64,000 bases of DNA from Eledone cirrhosa (Eukaryota), in NCBI GenBank assembly GCA_964016885.1, contig OZ024753.1, positions 32,798,001 to 32,862,000 of the forward strand, in the 5' to 3' direction. Position numbers and translations under genes: made by a program. Shown here piece by piece: positions 14,411-28,070 of this stretch. Position 1 is the first letter of the stretch. The number at the start of each line of letters is the position of its first letter. A model generated the notes under the pieces. The model did no database searches. It had not been told where the DNA came from and saw only the letters and a program-made list of their open reading frames with translations.

Positions 14411-15793
14411 CCCACAGACAGACACACACACATATATATATATAAACACACATACATATTACATTTGTTGAAAGATTCAAAATGCAAGAATCTTTATTTT
14501 TCCTTTGAGACTCTCCGTATCTTTTTCCTTCTTTCTGTCTCTCTCTCACTCTTTTCCGTCTGTGCATGTGTGAGCAAGAGAGGGAAAGACAGAGCATATG
14601 TAAGAGAGTGAGTATACACTTCCTGCATCTGCTTTGAATACAATGGTATTTTCTGGCTCTTTTTTTTTTCTTTTTAAGTAAATTTTATTTCATATTTTCA
14701 TACGAGCTTCTTGCTGGAACAATAAAGCTCTAAATTCCATAACATCCTTTCTCGGCTTTCAGAACCTCATCTTCCGGCGGATGTGAACTGATGTTGCCAC
14801 GTGTAGCTGTTTTCTGTTTTTAATAGAGACCGGGGGACTGCTATTTGCATAGACTTTACCATCGGAACGTGTAACTACGATTTTTAGGTGAATACATTAC
14901 ACGCATATCGTCTTTGAGAAATGTGTATTTTACTCTGCGTTTAGTTTAGCACTGTGCTGTGTTATAAGGAATGCTACTTCCATTAATCTCATATGTTATT
15001 GCAGTATTCTAAATAGTATGAATGTGTCGTCTGTTAAATATTTTCCAACCTAGTTTTGCTATGTGCTTTAGGCTTGAATATCTTCTTGTTTATCGGTATA
15101 CAGAATCTAAAAGAGATTCTTTTATTGTTGTATTTCCATGGCCAACATACAGAGGATGTGAACTAATGTTGCATGAGAATGTAATCCATCAGTTTGCCGC
15201 TCATCCAGCCAAATTATCAATATTTTAGTAATGCAGCTAGGTTATGGAAATCTATTCAATTTCCACAATATACAAACATCATTTCTCAATATGATGCATA
15301 TTCAATTTAACTTCAAAATATCAAAGAATATTTGAAATAATTGCACGGAAATCTCTTGAATAAGAAAACATACCACGTTCAAGTTTTCCAAATTACCACA
15401 AGTGACACGAACTTGTTCTATTTCATGTTTTAATAATTTGTTGACTAAACATATTTTCTTAAGACTAACAATATTTCATTTGATTTAGTTTCAACAGTAT
15501 GATTTTTACTACATAAAACCTCGTATACACTATACAAATTAAATTAGGCAACGCTGCTTCTTTTTCAATTTATTTCAAAGATATTAATTCAATAAGTAGG
15601 TGAATTGAAAAGTTTGTCAACGACATAAACGTGTGAAATATTTTTTTCAATATTACATTATATTTAAGATTTCTAAGTTATATGGTATTGTGTAAGTTAT
15701 TCAGAAATGTTTTATCTCAGTTATGTTTCTGCTGATGAAGAAAAATCAAAATTATTGTCTTTATTTAAAACGTATGAGGCTACAGGAGTGAGG

Positions 15794-16192
15794 GAGTACG
15801 GAGGAATCAATGGGAACATATATATTATAAATCATTCGTATGCACATGTGTCTGTTTGTGAAGGACTGTTAGTTGACTTATAGCATTATATATATATATA
15901 CTTGAGTTCAAATGCCGCCGGTGGTTGACTTTGCCTTTCATCCTTACGGGGTCGATAATTGCTGGCCTTGTGCCTAAAGTAGAAACAATTATATACATAT
16001 ACTGATTGGAGTCAACTCGGTGGGTAATTCATTTAGCCTAAATGAATTACCCACCGAGATGACTCCGATCAGTATATGTATATAATGCTATAAGTCAACT
16101 AACAGTCCCACACAGACACATGTGCATACGAATGATTTATAATATATATTTTCCCGTTGATTCCTCCGTACTCATTTAGCCTAAATGAATTA
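15794..16192. repeat. Palindrome with ~136-bp arms centred at 16037, interrupted by a SINE in the left arm
   Basis: Right arm 16038-16173 is the reverse complement of 15794-15900 plus 15988-16036. The centre motif atttagcctaaatgaatta recurs at 16174-16192. Confidence 0.93.
15902..15987 (+). mobile_element. 5'-truncated, internally deleted SINE inserted in the palindrome arm
   Basis: B box gagttcaaatgcc, core, 3' agaaaca; flanked by attatata...tac on both sides. Confidence 0.88.
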
Positions 16193-16312
16193 GCCAACTG
16201 AGGTAACACTCGTGTTAGAAGGCACAGCTAAATGTCTTTTAAATTGCAGGGTTACATCTTTAGCACAACGCACACCACATTTCGGATAATATAATCAATA
16301 AATTAAAATAAT

Positions 16313-16405
16313 TGTTTCTACGTTAGGCACAAGGCCAGCAATTACCCTGTGTATTACTGGTACTTTATTTTATCGACCGCGTAAGGATGAAAGGCAAAGT
16401 TAACC
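16313..16405 (-). mobile_element. 5'-truncated young SINE with 18-bp TSD
   Basis: Reverse-complement core and 3' end; TSD tcaataaattaaaataat (16295-16312) / tcaataaaataaaataat (16406-16423). Confidence 0.9.
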
Positions 16406-16489
16406 TCAATAAAATAAAATAATAATGGCTGGAATACTTGTTAATCATATGATGTTTATTTAGTAAGGTTTGATCTGCATTCACATATT

Positions 16490-16660
16490 GGTTTCTAATT
16501 TAAGCACGAGGCTAAGAAATTTGGCAGAAAGAGATTGGTATATTATATTATAGAACTCGGAAGGATGAAAGGCTAGGTTGAACTCAGCTGGATTTGAACT
16601 AAGAACGTACTAAGTCGCATTTTGTCTGACGCTCTACCGAGACTGGAATACCATTGCCCT
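16490..16660 (-). mobile_element. Older SINE copy
   Basis: ggaaggatgaaaggctaggttgaactcagctggatttgaact is the reverse-complement core plus B box. Confidence 0.65.
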
Positions 16661-16969
16661 TATCTGGATCAAAATAACAATAACAGCTATAATATATAAA
16701 GAGTATGTTCATTTCACGTGTCACGACAATTGTTAACATATCCAAATTAACATAATACTTTCATTACCTTAATAGTTTTCAAAAGACGAATTGTAGCTAT
16801 TTTATGTATAAGATCATGCCCTACTGTTTATCGTAACAGCGAAATATCTTTATCTCATTTTATCTTTTGTATTAAAATAATACATAATTCTTTAAACATT
16901 CCTTAATCGTTTTCCATTTCATGATGTCTGAATTATACATCACGTGACAAGTATAAAACAAACACACAA

Positions 16970-17760
<791 letters not shown>

Positions 17761-18887
17761 TGAGACACGTTGGCTGAGAGCTTCTGACAGGAACTAAAAG
17801 ATTGATCCTTTTCAGCTTACTGTCCCCACGTAAAATTTGTAAATCAGTGGCTAGTTGAGAGATAGATTCCTATCGGGTGCCAGTTGCTAATCGCTTTACC
17901 GTGTCGGTTGTCACAAACAGTCATGACTGGCATGGGCTGGTGTTTGGATGCTGTCGATCGATTGGTTATTGATTAGGCTATACCCGGTGATGAAGCTGCA
18001 TAGGCCGATTCTGCATTGTTGCATAATATATGCAGACATATGGTGCAGTGCACATTACTGCTGCATTAGTGCGGCAGAAACTCGAGTCCGGGAACCTTAT
18101 AGGCACCCGTTTTACGTGTGTTGTGTTGAGGCAAATAACTATGTGTATACTCTGGTAATGTATCTTACATTGCCCATTGAGTGCAATGAGATACAACCGG
18201 TACTGGCATTGATAAATATGCTGGGTCCGTCAACCCTTATTATATATATATATATATATATACACATACATACATATATATATACATATACATATATAAA
18301 CATATACATATATATATATATACACATGCATATATACATACAGATATATATATGTTCATACACACACACAAACCAACATTTGTTTCAAGTCAATTTGCGT
18401 TGCGTTAAACACTTTCTTAATATTTAATTATAATTGAACATTAAGAGATACATTTTTTTAATTTTAAATTCGTGCACTATTGTTATAAAATTGCTTGTTG
18501 AGAACAAAAATAATATTTTCTGGTTATAAAATAGAATTTCAAACATTTGGTAAACCGCATTCAACATGTTATCTTTTGGGAACAGGACATTAGTATTTCT
18601 CATTTGAATGCTTTAATATTTTAATCCTGTAACAAGCTATTGTTTTTTTTAACTTGATATGTATTAATTGTAAACAATTAAGAAATTGGGAAATTGTATT
18701 TTAATTTCAATTATCGAATTCTAATTAAACGGATAAACATGTTTATATATCTTGTCTATAAAACATCTGCAAATATCGTGTCTTGATATTTAATCATGAT
18801 TCTATAAGGAGGCCAACTGGCAGAATAGTTAGAACATTGGATAGAATGTTCTATGCAATTTAAAATATATCAATAATTAAAAATAAT

Positions 18888-19001
18888 AGTTTCTACGTTT
18901 GGCACAAGGCCAACAATTACCCAGTGCATCACTGGTACTTTATTTTATCGACCCGCAAGGATGAAAGGCAAAGTTAACCTGGGCGGGGTTTTAACTCAGA
19001 A
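18888..19001 (-). mobile_element. 5'-truncated young SINE, tandem with the next copy
   Basis: Reverse-complement core to B box; taattaaaaataa duplicated at 18874-18886 and 19020-19032. Confidence 0.88.
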
Positions 19002-19033
19002 CCCACCCCCTCCCCCCATTAATTAAAAATAAG

Positions 19034-19213
19034 TGTTTTTACTTTTGGCACAAGGCCAGCAATTACCCAATACATTACTGCTACTTTATTTTATCGACCC
19101 CGTAAGAATGAAAAGCAAAGTTAACCTCGGCAGGGTTTGAACTCAGAATGGCAAGGGCCGTAACTCTATGCGTCGAAGCCAGGTGTCCGACCTTCTACCG
19201 ATACTGCCAATCC
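19034..19213 (-). mobile_element. Near full-length young SINE
   Basis: Reverse complement contains A box TGGCAGTATCGG, B box GAGTTCAAACCC, core and 3' end. Confidence 0.92.
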
Positions 19214-19545
19214 GAAAATTACATCAACGGAAACTATAATTGTGAGGACAAGAAAGAGCAAGATGGAGATTCATAGTATTCAACCTACTAAAATACGAAA
19301 TTAGTTTCACAATAAGATCCCCAGTTAGACTACAGAGCTAGGCATCTAGGACACGATTGTTTACTGCAACCGTGGGTTGACTCTCGTCTTGTGAATGAAA
19401 GTGCGCAGACGCAAATTGTATGGAAGTTCGTCGGATATCCTGTGCTTGCAATTCAATATGTCCACCCATGTCACATATTTCTGCAAGATATCTGTAGATA
19501 AAACGTCAAGAAAAACAATTCTCAACCTATTGAAATAGAGCTTAT

Positions 19546-19733
19546 TTAACATGCAAGCATTGGTTTCGGGCTCCAGTTATGGCAACCAGAGTATAGTGAA
19601 GGAGGTTCTTCCAGCATGGCTCCTCTTCTGTCATGCAGACAAAACTTTCGTATGTGTGTCTGCGCTCTCGATAATGGGCCAGATTGGAAGTCATAATTGG
19701 ACCCCGAAACCAATGGTCTCACGTACATGTTAA
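19546..19733. repeat. Short inverted-repeat element (MITE-like or structured RNA-like)
   Basis: 26-bp arms 19558-19583 / 19690-19715 with 3 mismatches; outer ttaacatg/catgttaa; two internal hairpins. Confidence 0.6.
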
Positions 19734-19763
19734 GTGCATGAAAGTTTATTTATACTATGTATA

Positions 19764-19795
<32 letters not shown>

Positions 19796-19806
19796 AATAT
19801 ATATAT

Positions 19807-20022
19807 GCTTTCTGATTTAAGCGCAAAGCCAACAATTATTTGGCAGGAGAAAGTAGATTCCATCGACCCCCCGTTGCATTACTGGTTCTATATTTTATCA
19901 GCAGCGTAAGAATGAAAGGCAAAGCTAAGTTAGGCGATATTTGAATTCAGAACTGAAAGGGGCGTAGATCTATGCCACAGAGCACGTTGTGCGACGCTCT
20001 ATTGTAACTTACAATCCACCAC
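19807..20022 (-). mobile_element. Older or intermediate SINE copy
   Basis: cattactggttctatattttatcagcagcgtaagaatgaaaggcaaagc...atttgaattcagaa resembles the reverse-complement SINE. Confidence 0.75.
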
Positions 20023-20683
20023 CCTAACACACACATAATGAAAAAAATGCACATCTGCATACGTTAAGACAAATACACTTAAAAGCTGCAGTTATGTACA
20101 TACATTATACAAGCATATTCCCACATCAACAAGGAATCAACTCAACAGCTACCACCATATATATGTATTTTGTCCACGTATGTATGTGTAATTATTTGCT
20201 TCAATGCAGCTGGATATTTATGCGTATATAATTCTCCATGCTTGTGACGGTACATACGTATAGACATGAATTTCATACTTCCAAGTCTATGTCTAAGAAC
20301 CAATATAAGATTGGATTAAAATTATTACAAAATTAATATTCTAAGATATGAGGCATAGAGAAATCATTGCTATCGTTATTATTTGCACGATAAAGCATAT
20401 TTTAATATACGTAAGAAACTATGTCTGTAGGGATATATAGGCTGAGTGCATGCTAATTCACAATGCACACACAAACACACTCCCCCACACACACACATTA
20501 CATATATATATATATATTATAACATACGATTTCAAGAGTCGATTACATTAGCTGAATTAACTCCCTCTCCACTGCTTCTTTAAAATATTTTAAATTGATA
20601 ATCGCTTCAGCATACCTAAGAGACTATTGGGAATAAATTTGGACATTTAAATAGCTGCTTTCACAAATCAATATACGTTATAC

Positions 20684-20723
<40 letters not shown>

Positions 20724-21483
20724 ATGTATGTATGTTTTAGGGAAATTATTCTTAGTTAAAATTATATATATCAGAATTCTTTAGTACTACTGGGTACATA
20801 AATATTCAATAATGAATGTTCATGGGGTACACTGTGTTTAAAAGTATATTGGGCCTTCTTCGGATATCATGAAAAATATGAGTTTATAATTATATATTCA
20901 ATTCATACGTTTAACATTCACCTAATGGCTTATGATACGGACGAATACCATTACATCGTATAATCAAATATTTCATGCACCTTTCGAATTATTAAAAGAT
21001 TTAGTATCGTTAGTCTTAAATGTTTATATGATAGCTGATCCTGTCTTAATTATTTGACTTCTCCTTCTGTCTCAGAAGATGTGGAAGCGTCCGAAACTTT
21101 AAATATTTATACGAAAGGCCACTAATCTCAATTTTAAATTTTTCTTCGTTACTAGAATTGTCTGCCATGTAATCAAATGTTGGAGTTGATATTCATGATT
21201 TCATTTGTTTTTATTTATGATGTTCTTTGTTTTCCTTTGTGTTTTCTTTTTATTTATGATTTTCCTTACGTTTCTGTGTGTTTTCAATTGTTCAACAAAT
21301 GTTTATTCCTCCAGCTTTGTCCTTAATTTTAATGTCCCCATTGTTTGCTTTCATTGAAGTCTGTTTTCACATTTGAAAATAATTGGAAGCGTCAGTTTAT
21401 TTTATTATATTTCGATCTATAGTTACCATCACCGTGTTGAATTATCCGTTATGCTACTACTGATGACATTTTGAATCGTGAAT

Positions 21484-21617
21484 AACAATAAATCATGCTA
21501 AAATATATGAACAATATATCATGCTAAAATATATGAACAATATATCATGCTAAAATATATGAACAATATATCATGCTAAAATATATGAACAATATATCAT
21601 GCTAAAATATATGAACA
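21484..21617. repeat. 26-bp minisatellite, 5 copies
   Basis: Unit aacaatatatcatgctaaaatatatg; the first copy has one variant. Confidence 0.95.
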
Positions 21618-22270
21618 CTTTAAAAAATGTCTTCCCCGCACCCTGGGCAAGGTAGCGAACCTCTAATTATTTTGAAGCTTTTTTACTCGTGTAATGAAAC
21701 AAATGTCTATATTCTATTTGTGTCATGAAATTAGCTCTGTAAACGCACCTACGTGCAACAATTGACGAACATAATCATATATGTTAATCAGAATATAAAT
21801 ATGTAATAGAAAATATTAAAACAAATGGTTTCGGTCCAATTTAAAATGATATTAAATATTTAAAACCCTCAATTTCAAAATATTTTAGTAAAATATTACG
21901 TAGTTTTTGTTGGTTATTCTGAGCACAATTCATGAGAAAGATTCATTCTACACCTTCGACGTAACGAGTTTCTTTCCTCCTATCTGAAACTATCATTACG
22001 CTCTCAAACACACACTCCCGCTAGTCTATATAATTCTGCCAAGAAAATAATATTATATAAGTTACAATTATAAAGAAATGATGGAAATTCTGTTTTATAA
22101 AATGGGTACACATGTGTTATTCTTAATTAGACCCGGGTAGTCGAATGGCATTTTGTTTCATCGACATCCGAATGATTGGAACTTAGTATGTAAATTGTCA
22201 GAATACATATAGGAAGCCATCTTGCTAAGTTTCATGTAATACGAAGTTGTTACAGGAAGCAATAAAATCA

Positions 22271-22352
<82 letters not shown>

Positions 22353-24980
22353 TTATTACGTAGTTGTCAGCTTTCATATCAAATTGAATGCTGACATCCA
22401 AATGGTGTACATAATTATGTATGTACATGAAGGAAATTTGATTTAATATATTCAATATATAAACACATTACTGTTTAGCAACAAACAACGGGGTGTGTAA
22501 CCTCAATGAGTAGTTGATATATATGTACACAATTTACAAGGCATTGGCTGAGTTAATTTGTTTGCAGAAAGCATACACTTATTTACAGAGAAAATTAAAT
22601 AAAGAGGAATTAATTGAAGGAATACTATCAGAATATAAATAAATATATAAATAAACAATAACTGATTTCTGTTAGATAATAAAAAGAAAAAAAGTAATCC
22701 CTGGAGAAAATATTGCTGAGCTATAGAATATATAATGAAAACGATATCGCTGTAGGTGGTGTGGCATAAATGTATGATGTCTAGGAAAAACATGTTAATG
22801 ATTTTGTGTTTACAATTCTGATACATTATAACCTTTTAATGTTTGTTTTGATACACTTTAATCTAACCTGTAGTTGGCTTGAACAAAAAATAAATGAAAA
22901 ATGGAAAGGAGTTGATCATCAGATCGCCCTAAGCCGACTCATAGCATAGGTCTTTTTATTGCTTATTCTGACTGTTGATGCAACTCTTGACAGACAGGCA
23001 TGTTATTGCTTTTTCCGGTGACAGGCGATATTTGAACTAACAACACAAGTGGAGGAAACTGACCTCAAATGTATTTGAACTGACAGCACAGAGAACCGGA
23101 ACGAATATCGTAAAGCATTCTATCTGACGTTCTGCCAAATGGTCGCCAATATCTTGATTATTACTGATCATATTGAACCAAATATTTTGTATATGTAGAG
23201 ATAAATTTACTAAGCTTATATAAGATAGTAACGGATACTACAAAAAACATATTTTGACTCACGTAATGTGAGCAATATAATATAAACCAACTTTAGTGCT
23301 TTGATAAAAACTACTAGATACAATAAATCACGATAATATTTTGCCAACTGGAATGGTGTATCCACAGGGTGGAGAGTTTTCATACCACACTTGACGCCGA
23401 ATGTATTCCACATTGCAGAGAAATCAATATACTAGTACTTTCGCCAATATGATTATTGATTGAATATCAATTTTTTTTTTCATCACCATGCAACTGTGTT
23501 AATACAACACAGCAAATGCAATATGAGTTTGTATATGAATGTTGATTTCATGCAGATGTATAGCCATGCTAGAATAAATATTTTATGATCACAGAGATTA
23601 AGGGTGGAATATTTTGCACAATATCAACGTACTATGAAAAACTGTAGAATGGCAAGAGAAAAGTTACTACGGATGTCATAACAAATTGATTGAGGTTTAA
23701 TATAATTGATACTGTTACTAGATTAAATAGGAACAAGTTGATTGATGATTACTTTGAAGAGGATGGAATAGTTACTGTTGTTTAGCCCCACATCAGCTCT
23801 GATGAAGCTGACACAATCAAAATTCATTCCAGTCATAACCATATCACCTTATGTTTCTTTCAAATTCTCTGATCAACAAATATATTATCAAGTGTGTCCT
23901 TATTTGAATCTAAAAGCTTATTTTATAGCATGTTGAGCGAACAGGCAGAAAACAACAGTTGTGTGTGGTACTCAAATGGTCGTTGTCTAAGCATGTACGG
24001 ATCCGTACGTTTTGATGGAGTCGTAGGCGCACCGTTGTGAAATACCTCATTTCTTGGGAATTTTAAACCTGGCGGAGACCATCTACTTTTGTAGGTCTCA
24101 GCATAACTGGTGTTTCTCAGAGAAAGAGAAAAGGCGATAGAGACGATTCGACCCCAATACGAGTGGTATTGTATTTACCAACCTCAAACAGGATGAAAAG
24201 GGCGTAGACTAATTCGTCCTTTGGACAATTGAAAAGTAAAGGTAAATATATTTAACAATTTTACTGCAAGTGAAGGTCATGAGACGCCAGGGCCTTTTTT
24301 TTTGCTAGAGAAAGGGGAAAGTAATGTGTTATTCCGAGCAAATTGATCGGGTCCAAAATAGTTACAAAAGGTGCACCTGGTGACTTTGAACTGGAAGATA
24401 ATTTCACTCTACGCACTTTATATTTGAGAGTACCAGTAATATACCACTGTTGATGGAGGCGATAACGTGTTGGGGCAAAATGAGTGGATGGTACATATCA
24501 AATAACTAATAAATCACTGTAATTTCAATCATGGAAATGGTGTCTGTTATTAGATATTACAACATAGACCGAGAGCACTGACTTTAATGACAGCTTCAGA
24601 ATGTCATTATTTTCAGCTTATACAGTATTTATGCCTCTCTATAATGCAGGAGAAAGCTTCTCCAATACATCATTTAAAATCAGAATCATCAATCGCATAG
24701 ATCACACTTATTATTTGCTCGGTGCTTTTGTTCTGAACACGAACTGTGTTTGAGAGCTGATGTGCATCAATCCATTTCTAATGTAACACACCAAGCACAT
24801 ACCATACAAACATTGATAGATATCTTACACTATTTCAATAAAGGGAAATCAGTGATGTTTTGATAAGGTGCCAAGTCTGAATACTCTCTTTTGAATTTGA
24901 CGAATATGGGAAACCCAAATACACACACATATACATATATACATATATATGTACATATATACACATACATATATACACAG

Positions 24981-25025
<45 letters not shown>

Positions 25026-25896
25026 AATTCATACTCGGATACATATATGTATGCATGAGTGGGCGTATGCATACAAGTCTTGAGATATTCTAATATTGGT
25101 TTGGTTATCAGAAATATGTATTTGTTCAAACCTTTCAATACATGATATGATGGTACATGTAATATCTTAGCAAAAATTCCTTCCTATGTCATTGAAACAA
25201 ATAATTTTTCCGTTTAGATATTTACAAAATAAATAATTTCATTAATCGTATTTATATGAAATATAAAATTTGCATAATTAAAACAATTTTTAAAAACAAT
25301 TTCAGTCCTTATAAATTCCTCAAAAATGGAATTATTCCGAAGATATGAATAGGTCTGCTAAAATATATTCGTGAGCCACTCAAAATTAATATAAAAAAAG
25401 AAAAAAATATATTTAAAGAAAAATATTTATCCTCAATATATTCTCCCATAATTCAATTGTACATTCAAAATTAAGGTTTACACATCATTATATCTCTGGT
25501 TGTATTCAACGATAGATGAGAAATCAGGACGGACGAGTTGATACGTTCTACTATAGAACAACACCTCATAAATATATAACCTATTCCACTAATGTCATTT
25601 TGATGGAAAAGAGTTCTTTACATGACAGAACATTCGTTGTAGAAAATGGACGTTTCTCATGCAATCATACATTAATACGTTTATCAGATAATGTATTTAT
25701 GACAGGAAGAAGAAATAGAAAAGAATTCAATAAAATACAACAGTACAAAACATTTTGTTTCAGATCTTAATTCAGTACTGCCATTAACAGAATGTAAATA
25801 TGAATTTATTCAAACTCGTATAGTCTTATTTAATAGTTACATCTCTAACGGTTGTGATGAATAGAGTGTTATAGCTACATTATCGAGGCATTTTGT

Positions 25897-25929
<33 letters not shown>

Positions 25930-26548
25930 TTGAACTACAAGTTGCAGCAGGCAGAGGAATCGATCTATTGTGAGAGGTAGAAGAAAGAAAAAAATGAAAA
26001 GAAACGTACAGAAGTACGGTGAAATATGAAGTAACATAATATCTCTTCAGATATATTCAATATCATAACGAGAGAACAAATGTTACACAAAATTGTTATT
26101 CATTGCCATAAAATCAAATATATAAATCCCTCTTTGATTCTAAAATTGATTTTTGATTTTTTTCTAGTATTTATTTGATATTTATTATTTTTGTTTTTTG
26201 GCCTATCATCAATCGCTTTAGATTCAATACAGCTACCTTAGGATATTATTAAATTTGCAGTGTTTCATAAGACAGTAAATGTATTAACATATTCAGAGAA
26301 TTTGCTTTTCCCTTTACATGAATCAGTATATCCTCCCACCCACGGGACATCATGACGAAGACATAACCTTTTGGAAGTGTAAATTTACGTGACATTCTTT
26401 AAGGTTCGAGAGGGTTGATAAATATAGACTAACTTGTAAGTAGTATTAAATAAATGTGAAATGATATACATGGTTATCAAACATACCAAGACCATACCAC
26501 TACTCCGAGTTATCCGTTCTTGTTGCAGTAGAAAAGGATTAGCCTCAA

Positions 26549-26617
<69 letters not shown>

Positions 26618-27445
26618 TGTATGTGAATAAATATTTATGCATTTATGCACATACATATACACCGATATTACCTTCCCAATGCTGAAATACTCTCCATATA
26701 CGAACAAATAACTTTCAAATCATCTAAATCTTTGTCATCTTTACCAAGGGAGAAGATAAATATACATGGGAAAATCTAGGTTCGATTGATACAGCTTTCT
26801 GGTATTAATATAATAAACATTTGTCAATAGCCAAGGGGCATAATTCATGGCGGATACCGAGAGGATCTGTTCTTGCTGCTGAAGTATTGCATGGGTCTTC
26901 GTAATGTACGTTGCTGTTAATCATCCAGTTTGCTGCAAACCATGCATCAGTTTCTTTTATCTTTCACATGCATTATCTCACTCGCTTCTCTCTCAATCTG
27001 AGTAAATCAATACAATCTCATTGATAGGCAATAACACGGCATTAAAATATTGTGCAGGAATGTGTAGCGACTCATATTAGTTTATTGTTGACTAAAGCGC
27101 TTTTAAGAACATGTAATGTTATTTGAGATAGAAAAGCCCCCACCCTCGTGTTTTCTAAGTTATTTATGCAACGCATATCGCAATATATTGCCGCTCTTTT
27201 CTCCTATGTGAATAATAGCAAAAGGAAGGAGTTAAATGCAACAATAAGCATGACCAGCAGAATGGAAATTCACCTGTTTTGTTTTTGTTTCTTTTAGGTT
27301 TACTTGACTACACTTGAAACACGAAATTTGGCTAATAATGAAATGTAAGCAAATTGCATATATTGCATAGTTGTTAAAGGGTTACAAAAATTTGAGCCAC
27401 AATATGTTCAATAATTCATTTTAAACAAATAAAACAGATATGTCC

Positions 27446-27476
<31 letters not shown>

Positions 27477-27769
27477 TAGGGGGCGGGCGTTTGCGTGTGT
27501 GTGTTTGTGTATGTGTGTGTGTGTGTGGTGGATTCTCTCGTCAGGAACGACAAATGAGTGTTCAGCAAGGATATTTTTTTCAAATAGAAAAAAGATTTCA
27601 GTGAATCTACATCTCTTGAGGCCTGCAGCTCTTAAGGCCTGCAGACCTTTTGAAAGATGGATCATGTCACAGACTCGTTCTGATCGAGAGTTTGTGAATT
27701 ACTCCACACATGCTTCCTCGAGCGGACTGCGAGACCCGCTTTGCTCAGAGCAATAAAACCACCACAATG

Positions 27770-28070
27770 ACAAGTATCTTTGTCCTTTTGAGGATCAGAA
27801 TGCTGCCAACACGCCTTGATTCTTGCACGTAGTTGGTCAGAATGTTCATAAACTCGCCTTTCTGATAACATAAGGCATAGGACACTCGCATTAGTCGAAC
27901 ATGCGAAACGTCATAATGAACCTGCTGGCAGAGTTCTTTTCTGGAAAGCTGATCTGTACAGAAGGATGTTCTTGAAGACGACACCGGGTGGGATACAGGG
28001 AAATCTCAGACGGCATGCTGGAAAGGATGAGCGAGATCAGGATCTACCCCATGAAAGTAGTAATGGATGT
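27770..28070 (-). mobile_element. Probable highly decayed Tc1/mariner-superfamily transposase C-terminal remnant
   Basis: Across frameshifts the minus strand gives FQH..., LQEH, SRKEL, PAGS.YDVS..FD*C, MLSERRVYEHSDQLRARIKACW. These follow the order of FQQD...WPP.SPDLNP.DY..W..L..RVY...L..RI...W. No terminal inverted repeats seen. Confidence 0.45.

Noticed and set aside
21290-21350. Minus-strand NGDIKIKDKAGG resembling Penelope RT IIIKPADKG
   Set aside because: Too short and stop-ridden to support a call without a search.
21484-21617. 26-bp repeats as a CRISPR array
   Set aside because: Head-to-tail with no spacers, eukaryotic context, and no cas genes.
23995-24008. 14-bp perfect palindrome gtacggatccgtac
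   Set aside because: Short and isolated; compatible with chance in 64 kb.
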